Source of the DNA: Octopus bimaculoides
Lineage: Eukaryota
Reading direction: 5' to 3'
NCBI RefSeq assembly: GCF_001194135.2
Contig: NC_068994.1
Coordinates: forward strand, 12,593,746 to 12,626,543
Length of the DNA stretch: 32,798 bases
Under the pieces are notes generated by a model. The model was not told the origin of the DNA. It was given only the letters and a program-made list of their open reading frames with translations, and searched no databases. The translations under genes and the position numbers were made by a program. Shown here one piece after another: positions 1-11,370 of the stretch (position 1 is its first letter; every line of letters begins with the position of its first letter).

Positions 1-9
1 GACACTCAC

Positions 10-87
10 TATCAGCTGGATGTTGCAGTGTCATTTCCTTGTCCTTCAGGTAGTCCATGATTTCATAAATCACCCGGGACTCCACAT
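10..87 (-). CDS. PTCD3: PTCD3 exon (VESRVIYEIMDYLKDKEMTLQHPAD); gene continues beyond the left edge
   Basis: ataacag acceptor and gtgagt donor at 4-9. 78 nt, phase 1 to 1. Resembles human [23 protein letters not shown]. Confidence 0.93.
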
Positions 88-604
88 CTGTTATGAGAAA
101 ATAGAGAGAGAGACAGGATGAGCATTTAACTTTAGCTAGGACGCAATACAAATGTAGAGCCCTTTATTGTGCCATGGCCCCCTTTGTCTGCAAAAAAAAA
201 AAAAAAACTTTTATACTGGCCTTCTGTCAGTTAATGTGACAAGTGTTCCAGTTGATCCGAGCAACAGAACAGCCTGCTTGTAAAATTAATATGTAAGCGG
301 CTGAGCACTCAACGGACATGCATGCCCTTAATGTAGATCTCAGGGAGATTCAGTATGACACAATGTGAGAAGGCTGGCCTTTTGAAATACATGTACTCCT
401 CAATTCCAGTTTTATCTGACATTTTTTTCTTCTGAATCCTGTTTTTTTTTTCTTCAGAATCTTTTTTTAATATACATTTTCACTGTGTGTATATTACTTT
501 TTCACAGTGTGAAGTTCAAGTCCCACCTCAGGATTTTTAACATTTTTCCACTGCGTCACCACTGATATGTCCCACATTATGACGACTTATTTTGTTGTCT
601 ACAT

Positions 605-898
605 CAGGGGTTTTCAAACTGTGGTCCCCGGACCACAGGGGGTCCACAAGGACAAGACAGGGGGTCCGTGGACAGCAAATACTTTTTATGGGCAATTTGA
701 TTTTATATATGGTTTTTAATCGAAATCTTTTAATAGACAATAAACCTATTTGTTAAATACTGTTAAATAAACAAATGTAAAAATATGTTATTTTAAGCAA
801 ATATTTATGTATAAATTTCATAAGCGTTTATAAGAGGGTCCCTAAGGTAAAGCCTGAAATATAAAGGGGTCCGCAAGTCAAAAAGTTGGAAAACCCTG
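605..898. mobile_element. Complete non-autonomous hAT (Charlie-like) MITE
   Basis: CAGGG..TTTTCAAAC / GTTGGAAAACCCTG termini with a perfect 8-bp target-site duplication GTCTACAT (597-604 and 899-906). An 8-bp TSD is the hAT signature. Confidence 0.9.
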
Positions 899-1080
899 GT
901 CTACATGACTGGCCTAAACTGCATACCTTGCTGACTGACACTACTTACTAGGTCTATGCACCATTTATTAGTAGTAGNNNNNNNNNNNNNNNNNNNNNNN
1001 NNNNNNNNNNNNNNNNNNNNNNNNNNNNNNNNNNNNNNNNNNNNNNNNNNNNNAGCTGGAATAAGGCGGCGAGGTGGTAT

Positions 1081-1312
1081 AAGGCGGCGAGCTGGCAGAA
1101 ACGTTAGCACGCCGGGCGAAATGCTTAGCCGTATTTCGTCTGCCGCTACATTCTGAGTTCAAATTCCGCCGAGGTCGACTTTGCCTTTCATCCTTTCGGG
1201 GTCGATAAATCATGTACCAGTTACGCACTGGGGTTGATGTAATCGACTTAATCCGTTTGTCTGTCCTTGTTTGTCCCCTCTATGTTTAGCCCCTTATGGG
1301 CAATAAAGAAAT
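1081..1312 (+). mobile_element. tRNA-derived SINE, family B (Meta-domain-like centre)
   Basis: GAGCTGGCAGAA A-box-like and GAGTTCAAATTCC B-box-like motifs, then GCCTTTCATCCTTTCGGGGTCGATAAAT..GTACCAG. Related copies lie at about 16105-16320, 22040-22175, 22545-22660, 9165-9270 and 7890-7950. Confidence 0.8.
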
Positions 1313-1484
1313 AGGAAACAAATGAGGGGTGGTGACAGGAAGGGCATCCAGCTGTAGAAAAACCACCTCAACAAATTCTTTCCGACCCATGTGAGCACAG
1401 AAAAGTGGGTGTATAAACAATGACGATATACATATATATATATATACATATAAGAAGATAAAAGAAAACTGAAAAATTACTCAC

Positions 1485-1538
1485 TGTCATTGAAATAGAT
1501 GATGTTTATAAACATACTCCAGCTTGCCAAACTAGGTT
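1485..1538 (-). CDS. PTCD3: PTCD3 exon (EPSLASWSMFINIIYFND)
   Basis: tttttacag acceptor and gtgagt donor. 54 nt, phase 1 to 1. Resembles human EPSLATYHHIIRLFD. Confidence 0.93.
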
Positions 1539-2248
1539 CTGTAAAAATCAAAAGAAGGAAAATTCCTTGACATGTTAACTGCCATATGCCCCACCAGTGG
1601 TACATTTTTATAATTTGAGAAAATATTTTATTTTGTGTCTTTGACATGGCTTTGAGGATATTTAAATAATATAAGTGCCAAATATTAAAGTTTAATTATG
1701 AAATATAGTAATTACCTCTCCATTTTCTTCTCCTTATTCTTGATATATATATATATATATAAAGAAAGAAAGGCTTCCACACAATTTCTATTGATTAAAT
1801 TCACTCAAAGGTTATAGATGACTCTTGCCCAAGTGGTGTGTAATGGGACTGAACTCAAACCCATGTGGTTGCAAAGCAAACTTCTTAACCACACAGCCAT
1901 ACCTACATCTAATGTTTAGCCCTAGGTAACCCTAAACTGGCAAACCTATGATCAATGACATTCCAGTTGTGACCACTCTGTCATTATAAGAATATCTAAG
2001 ACTATATTACCTAACGGAGCCTTTTCTGTATTTAAGACAGTATGTTGTGATTTGAGTGAGACACAGCTGTTGTTTCTAACAGTCAAATGACTTCAGTGAT
2101 GCTCCCTAATTAAGACAAAATGATCGACTAAGGTAGTGGCTTAATAAAACTTGGCCCATGATTTCACACAATATTACACACTAAACACTAAAAGATAAAA
2201 AATATTACAAACAAAATAAAAAAGCCGCCGCCAAAAAGCAATGCTTAC

Positions 2249-2399
2249 CAATGCCACAGTTCTTCATTTCAGTCAGAACATCGTGTGCAATTGTTCGGCA
2301 TTTGCCAAAGCGAGTCATTCTTGAAAGGCTGTTGAGAACTGCATTGAAAGTCGCTAAGGTTGGTTGTAAATTCAAAGATTTCATGTCTTTTAAAAGGTT
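2249..2399 (-). CDS. PTCD3: PTCD3 exon, PPR repeats (NLLKDMKSLNLQPTLATFNAVLNSLSRMTRFGKCRTIAHDVLTEMKNCGI)
   Basis: tttctag acceptor and gtaagc donor. 151 nt, phase 0 to 1. PPR consensus-like MKxxxLxPTLATFNAVL and EMKxxGIEP (human KPNLQTFNTIL...EMKAIGIEP). Confidence 0.96.
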
Positions 2400-2454
2400 C
2401 TAGAAATTAAGGACAAAATAAAGAATTAATTGATAATGGAAATAATAATAGTAA

Positions 2455-3040
2455 TGATACTTGTTTAGAGGAGGAGGAGGAGGGGGGAGAAAATGAGAAG
2501 GAAGGAGAGGAGGAGGGGAGGAGAAGGGTTCAAGGACAAATGGAAGCATGGAAGGAGATTTGACTGCTATCTTTAGCAAATCATGCAACCATGTAACAAG
2601 CTCTTTCATTGGCACTCGCAAGCCAAGCTGGTCTTCAGCTCAGTTAAATAGTAGTAATGATGTGATTGGAGCTTTAAATTTCAAATGCACAAATTGAAGG
2701 TCGCAGTGGGAGGGGTGATAATGGTGGTGGTGTTGGTAGTTGTGGTGGCAGTAGCAATGATGATGATGTGGTGGTCATATGACAATGATGATGATGATGA
2801 TAACTAAGAGGAGGGTGGTGGTGGTGACAAAAATGATGATAGTGATGCTAATGAGGAGGGGGATGTTGGTGATGATAGTCATGATGGAGACGATGGTGGT
2901 TGTGGTGGCAACAATAAAAATAGCGACGATAATGATGTTTCTGATGGTGGTGGTGGGGTAGTGACAATAACGATGATGATGATGATGACTGACAATAATT
3001 GAAACTAACAACAAATAACAAGTGACATAACAACAACAGC
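2455..3040. repeat. Intronic low-complexity tract: GGA/GA-rich, then (GAT/GGT)n
   Basis: Degenerate trinucleotide repeats. They explain the poly-M/V/H/T ORF-track calls at 2775-3053. Confidence 0.85.
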
Positions 3041-3066
3041 AAGCTTCAACCAAGATTATTACTCAC

Positions 3067-3149
3067 AAGAATGAGATTCCATTTCATGGGGTATGTATCA
3101 CCATAATACACAGCTACATGCAGAAGGCTGTTATAAGCTGATAAACTCA
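3067..3149 (-). CDS. PTCD3: PTCD3 exon, PPR region (SLSAYNSLLHVAVYYGDTYPMKWNLIL)
   Basis: ttcttttgcag acceptor and gtgagt donor. 83 nt, phase 1 to 0. Resembles human [28 protein letters not shown]. Confidence 0.9.
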
Positions 3150-3561
3150 CTGCAAAAGAAAAAAGAAAAACAGAAAATGAAAACCAGAAGTCATTTCAAA
3201 TCCTACTCTGCATTTCACATGGAATTTTCAGTCTTCCAAAGTTGTTTGGTGTCTAAAGTTGACCTTTTGTTTTTGGTTGTAAATTTTGGCCTGCAAAAAT
3301 TCGACTTGTCTGCCAGGAAACAGTAACAAGGATAAAGACAATGATGAAGATGACAATAAATGATAATAAAGACTCGCAGGACCTGTAAATATTTCATGGA
3401 ATTAATGGTAAACTTTTGGGGTTATTTTTGAAAACTTTATCCAAAAAACCTGAAAGCATAGCTTATGTTGTGTCTCTATCAAAAGATAGTCAAACATCTG
3501 CTAATCATTGAAAAGGGAAGGAAATTGGAACATGATGATATGAAGTAATTGTATGCTGTCA

Positions 3562-3755
3562 ACTTAATGTGACACTCCCCTGAAGGGAATAATATTACTG
3601 TTGGTTAGACCTAGGAAGCTGCACCGCTTCCTGCTTGTCTCCCCTTTGTAAACATAAGGACACAGGAAATGTGTCAAGGCTGACAGGAAGCGGTGCAACT
3701 TCCTAGGTCTAACCAACAGTAATATTATTCCTTTCAGGGGTCAGTCACATTAAGT
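3562..3755. mobile_element. Foldback element / MITE with about 72-bp inverted arms
   Basis: 3562-3633 (ACTTAATGTGAC...GCACCGCTTCCTG) is the near-perfect reverse complement of 3684-3755, with a spacer of about 50 nt. Confidence 0.85.
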
Positions 3756-4400
3756 CTGCACTTTATATTATATACTTTATGCACAATTTTATAGACTTAA
3801 TACACAGCACTCTCACTCTTCACCTTACCCTCTTTTTCTCTTGCTCTTTGCCTTTCTCTTCAACTAATTATGTGAAAGTGTTACAGACAGGTTAAGTAAT
3901 GGAGAAAAAAACTTGGCTCAAAAACAAAAAAAATTACAGGTATCACTCACCACATCACCCTNNNNNNNNNNNNNNNNNNNNNNNNNNNNNNNNNNNNNNN
4001 NNNNNNNNNNNNNNNNNNNNNNNNNNNNNNNNNNNNNNNNNNNNNNNNNNNNNNNNNNNNNNNNNNNNNNNNNNNNNNNNNNNNNNNNNNNNNNNNNNNN
4101 NNNNNNNNNNNNNNNNNNNNNNNNNNNNNNNNNNNNNNNNNNNNNNNNNNNNNNNNNNNNNNNNNNNNNNNNNNNNNNNNNNNNNNNNNNNNNNNNNNNN
4201 NNNNNNNNNNNNNNNNNNNNNNNNNNNNNNNNNNNNNNNNNNNNNNNNNNNNNNNNNNNNNNNNNNNNNNNNNNNNNNNNNNNNNNNNNNNNNNNNNNNN
4301 NNNNNNNNNNNNNNNNNNNNNNNNNNNNNNNNNNNNNNNNNNNNNNNNNNNNNNNNNNNNNNNNNNNNNNNNNNNNNNNNNNNNNNNNNNNNNNNNNNNN

Positions 4401-4730
4401 GGGCAAGTGTCTTCTACTATAGCATCGGGCCGACCAAAACCTTGTGAGTGGATTTGGTAGACGGAAACTGAAAGAAGCCTGTCGTATATATATGTATATA
4501 TATATATGTGTGTGTGTGTTTCTGTGTCTGTGTTTGTCTCCCTAGCATTGCTTGACAACCAATGCTGGTGTGCTTACGTCCCCGTAACTTAGCGGTTCGG
4601 CAAAAGAGACCGATAGAATAAGTACCAGGCTTCCAAAGAATAAGTCCTGGGGTCGATTTGCTCGACTAAAGGCAGTGCTCCAGCATGGCCACAGTCAAAT
4701 GACTGAAACAAGTAAAAGAGTAAAAGAGTA
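4401..4730 (+). mobile_element. SINE family A, head lost in gap
   Basis: GGGCAAGTGTCTTCTACTATAG core, internal (AT)n(GT)n tract and (AAAGAGT)n tail. Matches the full copy at 25131-25589. Confidence 0.85.
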
Positions 4731-4934
4731 AATCAACTGAAATTTTCTATCTGCTCTCTACAGTTCCATCTTTTATTTCTTATTTTCTAATCATGTGTAC
4801 ACAGCATAGATAGCTAAAGGGACAAAGCAATCAACCAAGAGGTTAATAGTTTGTATCCTGTCAGCACCAATGTCTTTGTGCTCATGGCCAAAAACCATAG
4901 CTCAAAGATTTTCCAGCTACCACCACTACCACCA

Positions 4935-5285
4935 TTATCCTCATCATTTAATGCCCTTCTTCCATGCCGGCATGTGTTGGGTGGTTCAACAGGATCCAAC
5001 TAGCCTTAGGGCTGCGTTGGTCTCCAGTGTCTGCTTCCAGATGCCCTTCTTAATACCAATACCAACCACCTCACACAGTGTAGTGGGTGCATTTTTCATG
5101 GCACCAGCACTAGTGGGGGTCACCAAGTAACTCTCACTGAGCAGTGACGAGTGACCGAGACTTTTGGCAATATACTGTGCTTGAGAAGACCTATCAAGCC
5201 AAGAGAGATCGTAGTTGTGGCCAATGCCAGTGTCGTGCAACTGGCACTCATGCCGGATGCATGTTAAAAGCTTCCTTCAAGCTGT
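4935..5285. mobile_element. Older RTE-LINE 3' fragments in opposite orientations
   Basis: 4935-5140 is a minus-strand tail (CATCATTTAA..CCATGCCGGCATG). 5140-5285 on plus encodes a degenerate ORF end (VTSDRDFWQYTVLEKTYQAK) followed by UTR. Confidence 0.65.
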
Positions 5286-5428
5286 ACAGTGGGACCGAAC
5301 CTGGAACTACGTGATTTCTAAGGGAACTTAGAACCACAAGACTCTTCTTGCACTTTATGCACCCAAAACAATAAATCGAACTCTGAAGAGTATTCTGGGA
5401 AAACGGAGAAAATTAACTTTACAATCAC

Positions 5429-5516
5429 CTTTGCAGCACCTTGAATTAAAGAACAATATGCTTCAGGTGTTTTTTCCTTCATGTCATTGAATATCTTTTC
5501 TGCCATTCCATCCAGT
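5429..5516 (-). CDS. PTCD3: PTCD3 exon, PPR region (LDGMAEKIFNDMKEKTPEAYCSLIQGAAK)
   Basis: tttttcag acceptor and gtgatt donor. 88 nt, phase 2 to 0. Resembles human [29 protein letters not shown]. Confidence 0.95.
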
Positions 5517-6438
5517 CTGAAAAATTAATTTAAACATCTAAATTTTTTTTTTGAATTTAAAATAAATTTATAATTAATAAAAACATTTTTTCACTTTAAA
5601 AAAAAAAAAGAAAAATTGGTGGGTGGGGGTTAATGCAGAATTTGCACCTCTCCTTGAAAGGTGCATTTTTTGAAAAAAAATTTTGGGGATTCCTACATTT
5701 TAGATATTGGAGTTACAAATACGGGGAAAAAAAAACCAAAAAAACACCTTTTCAAATTTCATTTAAGATTGAAAAAAAAAATTTCAAAAGAAAGTTTTAA
5801 ATTAAAATTTTGGGGTGAGGGGGGAATTAAAAATTTCTAAAATGTGGTTTCTTNNNNNNNNNNNNNNNNNNNNNNNNNNNNNNNNNNNNNNNNNNNNNNN
5901 NNNNNNNNNNNNNNNNNNNNNNNNNNNNNNNNNNNNNNNNNNNNNNNNNNNNNNNNNNNNNNNNNNNNNNNNNNNNNNNNNNNNNNNNNNNNNNNNNNNN
6001 NNNNNNNNNNNNNNNNNNNNNNNNNNNNNNNNNNNNNNNNNNNNNNNNNNNNNNNNNNNNNNNNNNNNNNNNNNNNNNNNNNNNNNNNNNNNNNNNNNNN
6101 NNNNNNNNNNNNNNNNNNNNNNNNNNNNNNNNNNNNNNNNNNNNNNNNNNNNNNNNNNNNNNNNNNNNNNNNNNNNNNNNNNNNNNNNNNNNNNNNNNNN
6201 NNNNNNNNNNNNNNNNNNNNNNNNNNNNNNNNNNNNNNNNNNNNNNNNNNNNNNNNNNNNNNNNNNNNNNNNNNNNNNNNNNNNNNNNNNNNNNNNNNNN
6301 NNNNNNNNNNNNNNNNNNNNNNNNNNNNNNNNNNNNNNNNNNNNNNNNNNNNNNNNNNNNNNNNNNNNNNNNNNNNNNNNNNNNNNNNNNNNNNNNNNNN
6401 NNNNNNNNNNNNNNNNNNNNNNNNNNNNNNNNNNNNNT

Positions 6439-6715
6439 TGTGAGTATTTATTGAGCGAAAACACCTAAAGCTCCATGAGGCTCCGGCAGGGGATAACTTT
6501 CTCTCACTCTTACTTCCGGTTTCTGTTGTGCCTGTAATTCAAAGGGTCAGCCTTGTCACACTGTGTCACGCTGAATATCCCCAAGAACTACATTAAGGGT
6601 ACACGTGTCTGTGGAGTGCTCAGCCACTTGCACATTAATTTCACGAGCAGGCTGTTCCGTTGATTGGATCAACTGGAACCCTCGACGTCGTAAGCGACGG
6701 AGTGCCAACAACAAC
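6439..6715 (+). mobile_element. SINE family C, head lost in gap, (AAC)n tail
   Basis: Closely matches 26235-26541 and the reverse complement of 19887-20190. Confidence 0.88.
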
Positions 6716-6952
6716 TAGTGCTCCACCACCACTTGACAACTGGTATGGGTGTGTTTACATCCCTGTAACCTAGCAGATCGGCAAAAGAGATCGAAAGAAT
6801 AAGTACCAGGCTTAAAGAAAGACAGGTACCGGAGTCAATTCATTCCACTAAAGATTCTACAAAGCTGTGCCCCAGCACAGCTGCAGTCAAATTACTGAAA
6901 CAAATAAAAGATAAAACCAGTAATATTAAGAGATCAATATCATCATACTTAC

Positions 6953-7109
6953 TTCCATGTATTCTTGATTGATTTTTGATTCCTGGAGGAATCAAGATCA
7001 CGCTGATAAAAATATTCTTCAGGAGTCGAGGGCACATCTACATTTTGGCAGTTGTATATACAGAGCAGGTCAAGAAGTTGTTGAAATGCATCTGAAGAGA
7101 CTGTTGCTC
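6953..7109 (-). CDS. PTCD3: PTCD3 exon (GATVSSDAFQQLLDLLCIYNCQNVDVPSTPEEYFYQRDLDSSRNQKSIKNTW)
   Basis: ttacag acceptor and gtaagt donor. 157 nt, phase 1 to 2. LLDLLC matches human SLLDLLCYY, and the exon ends in TW(K) like human VTWR. Confidence 0.94.
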
Positions 7110-7299
7110 CTGTAAGCAAATATGTTGGAAGAGCTTACAGAGGGTTAGATTTACAAGTGAACTATGAAAGGATATCAAGCATGTCTTCATTTTTCTGTCT
7201 TGGAAAGTTGGAAAGCTAAAACTCTGAGACAATGATGTAAAAAGAAAAAAAATTACATCTATCATGATTAAATCTCTGATGATAGTGTGAATAGTATAC

Positions 7300-7839
7300 A
7301 AGGCACTGGCTTTCGTGGCTTCTGATCTTAACTGATTGGAAGAGTTATCATGTACATGTTATGTCTTTGTGAAAAAGATGGGCTACAGCAAAATATTCTG
7401 CTCAATACTACAAATTTGCCGTGCAGTTGTTTGACCTTAACTAGTTGAGCATGTCCTTTGGAGGCTGACGATATGTACATCTCTGATCACAAGCAGAAGT
7501 AGTGTGGAAGCATCATAGTAATGTGTTGAGAGAAATTCTTTAGGGTTTGAATAATTCACCTTTGGAAACATGGGCGTTTTGTTCATCATCGCTAAATAAC
7601 CCTTATTCAGGGACTTTTTGAGCAGGATGAGCTTCTTGACTTGAAGAAAATTCTAACTGGGCCCCACCAGCAAAGTCATGCGCTGTTTATTTTGATATGA
7701 AATCACCATGTCGTGCACATATGGCTGTGATGCGTGTGCCCGGTGTACCCTTCACAGATGGGTAGTCACGATGGGTGTATTGTGCTTCCTATATTTGTAC
7801 CTCAGTGTCACTTTGATGGCATACACTGCTCTTTCACTC

Positions 7840-7890
<51 letters not shown>
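7300..7890 (+). mobile_element. Probable retroposon 3' fragment ending in (AAT)17
   Basis: A GC-richer non-coding block ending CTCTTTCACTC, then (AAT)17 at 7840-7890. The left boundary is approximate and the family is not assigned. Confidence 0.5.
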
Positions 7891-7891
<1 letters not shown>

Positions 7892-8968
7892 GCTTCAAAT
7901 TTTGGCACAAGGCCAGCAATTTCGGGGAATGGGGGGAGTGCTGGTCAATTNNNNNNNNNNNNNNNNNNNNNNNNNNNNNNNNNNNNNNNNNNNNNNNNNN
8001 NNNNNNNNNNNNNNNNNNNNNNNNNNNNNNNNNNNNNNNNNNNNNNNNNNNNNNNNNNNNNNNNNNNNNNNNNNNNNNNNNNNNNNNNNNNNNNNNNNNN
8101 NNNNNNNNNNNNNNNNNNNNNNNNNNNNNNNNNNNNNNNNNNNNNNNNNNNNNNNNNNNNNNNNNNNNNNNNNNNNNNNNNNNNNNNNNNNNNNNNNNNN
8201 NNNNNNNNNNNNNNNNNNNNNNNNNNNNNNNNNNNNNNNNNNNNNNNNNNNNNNNNNNNNNNNNNNNNNNNNNNNNNNNNNNNNNNNNNNNNNNNNNNNN
8301 NNNNNNNNNNNNNNNNNNNNNNNNNNNNNNNNNNNATACCAAAGTGGGTCCAGTTCTTCAATAAAGTTCAAATAAAGTACAGAAATCAATAAAATCAACT
8401 AAAACTGTCAGATGAGATAGCCTAATATAGCTACAAACTAAAACCAATGAAATAATTCAAGAATTCACATCTACATAAGTGAAATTTAACCCTTTTGTTA
8501 TCATATTTCTGTTGAAATACACCCTCTTTACTTCAATTAATTTTGAAAATAATGAAGAATTTAGGAAAATATCTTTATCATTCTGTTGTGTCTGGGGAGA
8601 GTCATTTTCTTATTGTGCCTTAAAATTTAACACACTCACTGGTAAAATTTCGACTTATTTCTTATTTTCATTTTCCTAAAAATTTTCGTTGCGTCTTGCA
8701 ACCTTTTCATTATTAAGCTGATTGCTAAAACAACATGAAATTTTAATTTAGAATATATTATATAGAAAGTTTGTATGACAGATGCAAGAGCAGACTTGGT
8801 CAGAGTGGTATCAAAAGGGTGAGTAATCCAATTTTCTCACCCATCTGTATTGAGAGAATTATCTACCCTGGACACTTAACTACGACGTCCCACTCCCTTA
8901 CATAGGAAGCTTCCCTAAAAAACAATTGCTGGTTAGATTTAAAATTCTTTCAGAGATTCAAAGATTAC

Positions 8969-9095
8969 CTTCATCAAGAATTTTGCCGTAGACTGACATG
9001 GCACTGGTAACTTTACGTAGCTTCACACATTCCAACAAAGTTGACTCGTTTGCTGGAGCTTTATCGAAACCCTTTTCTACGTGAGGCATGAAGCT
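8969..9095 (-). CDS. PTCD3: PTCD3 exon (SFMPHVEKGFDKAPANESTLLECVKLRKVTSAMSVYGKILDE)
   Basis: ttttctcttcatttag acceptor and gtaatc donor. 127 nt, phase 0 to 1. Resembles human [41 protein letters not shown]. Confidence 0.93.
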
Positions 9096-9763
9096 CTAAA
9101 TGAAGAGAAAAGAAAAGTAAATAAACAACAGATGCAGCATTATATTGGATTCAAATGTTGGTGCAAGGCCATCAGTTTTAGGGGGAAGATGGGGCTTAGT
9201 CGATTAAATTGACTCCAGTGCTCAACTGGTACTGGTGCTGAAAGGACAAAAGGCAAAATTAACCTCAGTGGAATGGACTGGAAACTGAAACCACAACCTT
9301 GTAATCATAAATCTGTTGACCTGACCACAAAATAGGCCACTTGCTTTTACTATCTGATGACTGAAACAAGTAAAAGATATTGGGTGTCTGAACTAAACTG
9401 GATGATTTTTTTTTTTATGTTCCCTTTTCTTTTTCTTTTTCAGGAGCAGTTTGATGTATTGGTGAAGTCACTGGTGTTGAAGAGCATAAAGATTAAGGTT
9501 GTAGTTAAGAAAAAAATTAGCTGACATGGAGGACTGGAAGCCATCTGAATATTGGAAAAGAGTTTCCTGTATTATTTGATTTGTGTCACATATACAGATG
9601 CGCACACATACATATATATATATGTATGTGTGTGTGTATGCATACAAAGGCAAGATGCAAGGATCAAGGAGTAAGAAGTTAGTGAGTTTCAAGCAATCCA
9701 TTGCAGATGTAAGAAACAACTTTCAGGATCAATCCATTTCCTAATTTTTGTGTGTGTATGTGT

Positions 9764-9983
9764 ATCATCATCATCATCGTTTAACATCTGCTTTCCATGC
9801 TAGCATGGGTTGGACGATTTGACTGAGGACTGACAAGCGAGAAGGCTGCATCAGGCTCCAATCTGATTTGGCAGAGTTTCTACAGCTGGATGGCCTTCCT
9901 AATGCCAACCACTCCGAGAGTGTAGTGGGTGCTTTTACGTGCCACCAGCACGAAGGCCAGTCAGGCGGTACTGGCAAAAGCCA
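9764..9983 (-). mobile_element. RTE-LINE 3' UTR and tail (young copy)
   Basis: (CAT)n-CGTTTAAC..CCATGCTAGCATGG.. matching 11396-11628 and 18198-18420. Confidence 0.85.
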
Positions 9984-10744
9984 TATATATATATATATAT
10001 ANNNNNNNNNNNNNNNNNNNNNNNNNNNNNNNNNNNNNNNNNNNNNNNNNNNNNNNNNNNNNNNNNNNNNNNNNNNNNNNNNNNNNNNNNNNNNNNNNNN
10101 NNNNNNNNNNNNNNNNNNNNNNNNNNNNNNNNNNNNNNNNNNNNNNNNNNNNNNNNNNNNNNNNNNNNNNNNNNNNNNNNNNNNNNNNNNNNNNNNNNNN
10201 NNNNNNNNNNNNNNNNNNNNNNNNNNNNNNNNNNNNNNNNNNNNNNNNNNNNNNNNNNNNNNNNNNNNNNNNNNNNNNNNNNNNNNNNNNNNNNNNNNNN
10301 NNNNNNNNNNNNNNNNNNNNNNNNNNNNNNNNNNNNNNNNNNNNNNNNNNNNNNNNNNNNNNNNNNNNNNNNNNNNNNNNNNNNNNNNNNNNNNNNNNNN
10401 NNNNNNNNNNNNNNNNNNNNNNNNNNNNNNNNNNNNNNNNNNNNNNNNNNNNNNNNNNNNNNNNNNNNNNNNNNNNNNNNNNNNNNNNNNNNNNNNNNNN
10501 NNNNNNNNNNNNNNNNNNNNNNNNNNNNNNNNNNNNNNNNNNNNNNNNNNNNNNNNNNNNNNNNNNNNNNNNNNNNNNNNNNNNNNNNNNNNNNNNNNNN
10601 NNNNNNNNNNNNNNNNNNNNNNNNNNNNNNNNNNNNNNNNNNNTTATTCAGGAGGTGGGACCCTCATAGCCATTCCATGTCTAAAAACCCCTATTATGTT
10701 TTCATGGTTAAATATTATTAGGAATTGTATAAAAACATATTTAA

Positions 10745-10852
10745 ATATTTTGGGTATCATATAAATATAACCAGTTTATTGCACATAAATTTTAACAACA
10801 AAATCTTATATGGACCCCCAAAAGCCATACGGCCTCTGACTAAGAACCACTG
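10745..10852 (-). mobile_element. hAT-like MITE end (second family)
   Basis: Ends TAAGAACCACTG (CAGTGGTTCTTA terminus). Homologous to 21287-21478 and 24937-25058. Confidence 0.65.
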
Positions 10853-11370
10853 CTCTCTCTGGTCATTATCTGCTAGAAATAGCAGCCAAGTTTCCTTCAA
10901 ACGACACCCTTTTCTTTAAAAAAAAATGGAAGAGCACATATGATAAATTCTGATCATAGATCTGCTAAATCAGATTGCAGATCTGTACAATATGATTAGA
11001 ATTGAAAATGAGAGGTTTTGTACTGTGAAACAAGAAGCAGCCTCAAGTGGGTTGATATGAAAAGAGTTATTCATTACCATAGCAAATTGATAGATATGTC
11101 TTGGCTTGCAATACTAACTTCACTGTCTCTGGTGGGAAAATCTAGCTAGGACTCATGACTCATCTCCTTAAGGCTACAGAAACTGGAGACAAACACTTGA
11201 CCAGTGGATCACAGTAGTCAGTGAAATAAGAGAGAGAACAAGTTCTGGAAGTGACAGGATATTGGCTGCTGAACAGTTCATATTCAGTCGACAATGCTAA
11301 GATATTGTTCTTGGAGGCAACAAAACTCATAAAAGATCAGATCTCAATCTATAAAAAAGATACCATAGAC

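Noticed and set aside
3945-3951. GTGAGT donor near the gap edge as the end of the missing exon
   Set aside because: In the required phase 1 the preceding codons include TGA.
5520-5853. Homopolymer-rich stretch next to a gap
   Set aside because: It looks like low-quality contig-end sequence, so fine structure here is unreliable.
9468-9580. Minus-strand peptide SANFFLNYNLNLY as the possible missing PTCD3 exon 6
   Set aside because: The similarity is superficial, there is no suitable donor, and the frame ends in TGA.
9774-9977. Recurring ORF MPVPPDWPSC.WHVKAPTT..EWLALGR (also 18202-18405 and 22253-22450)
   Set aside because: It looks like a small gene family but is a translation of the LINE 3' UTR, and it lies downstream of the real ORF end.
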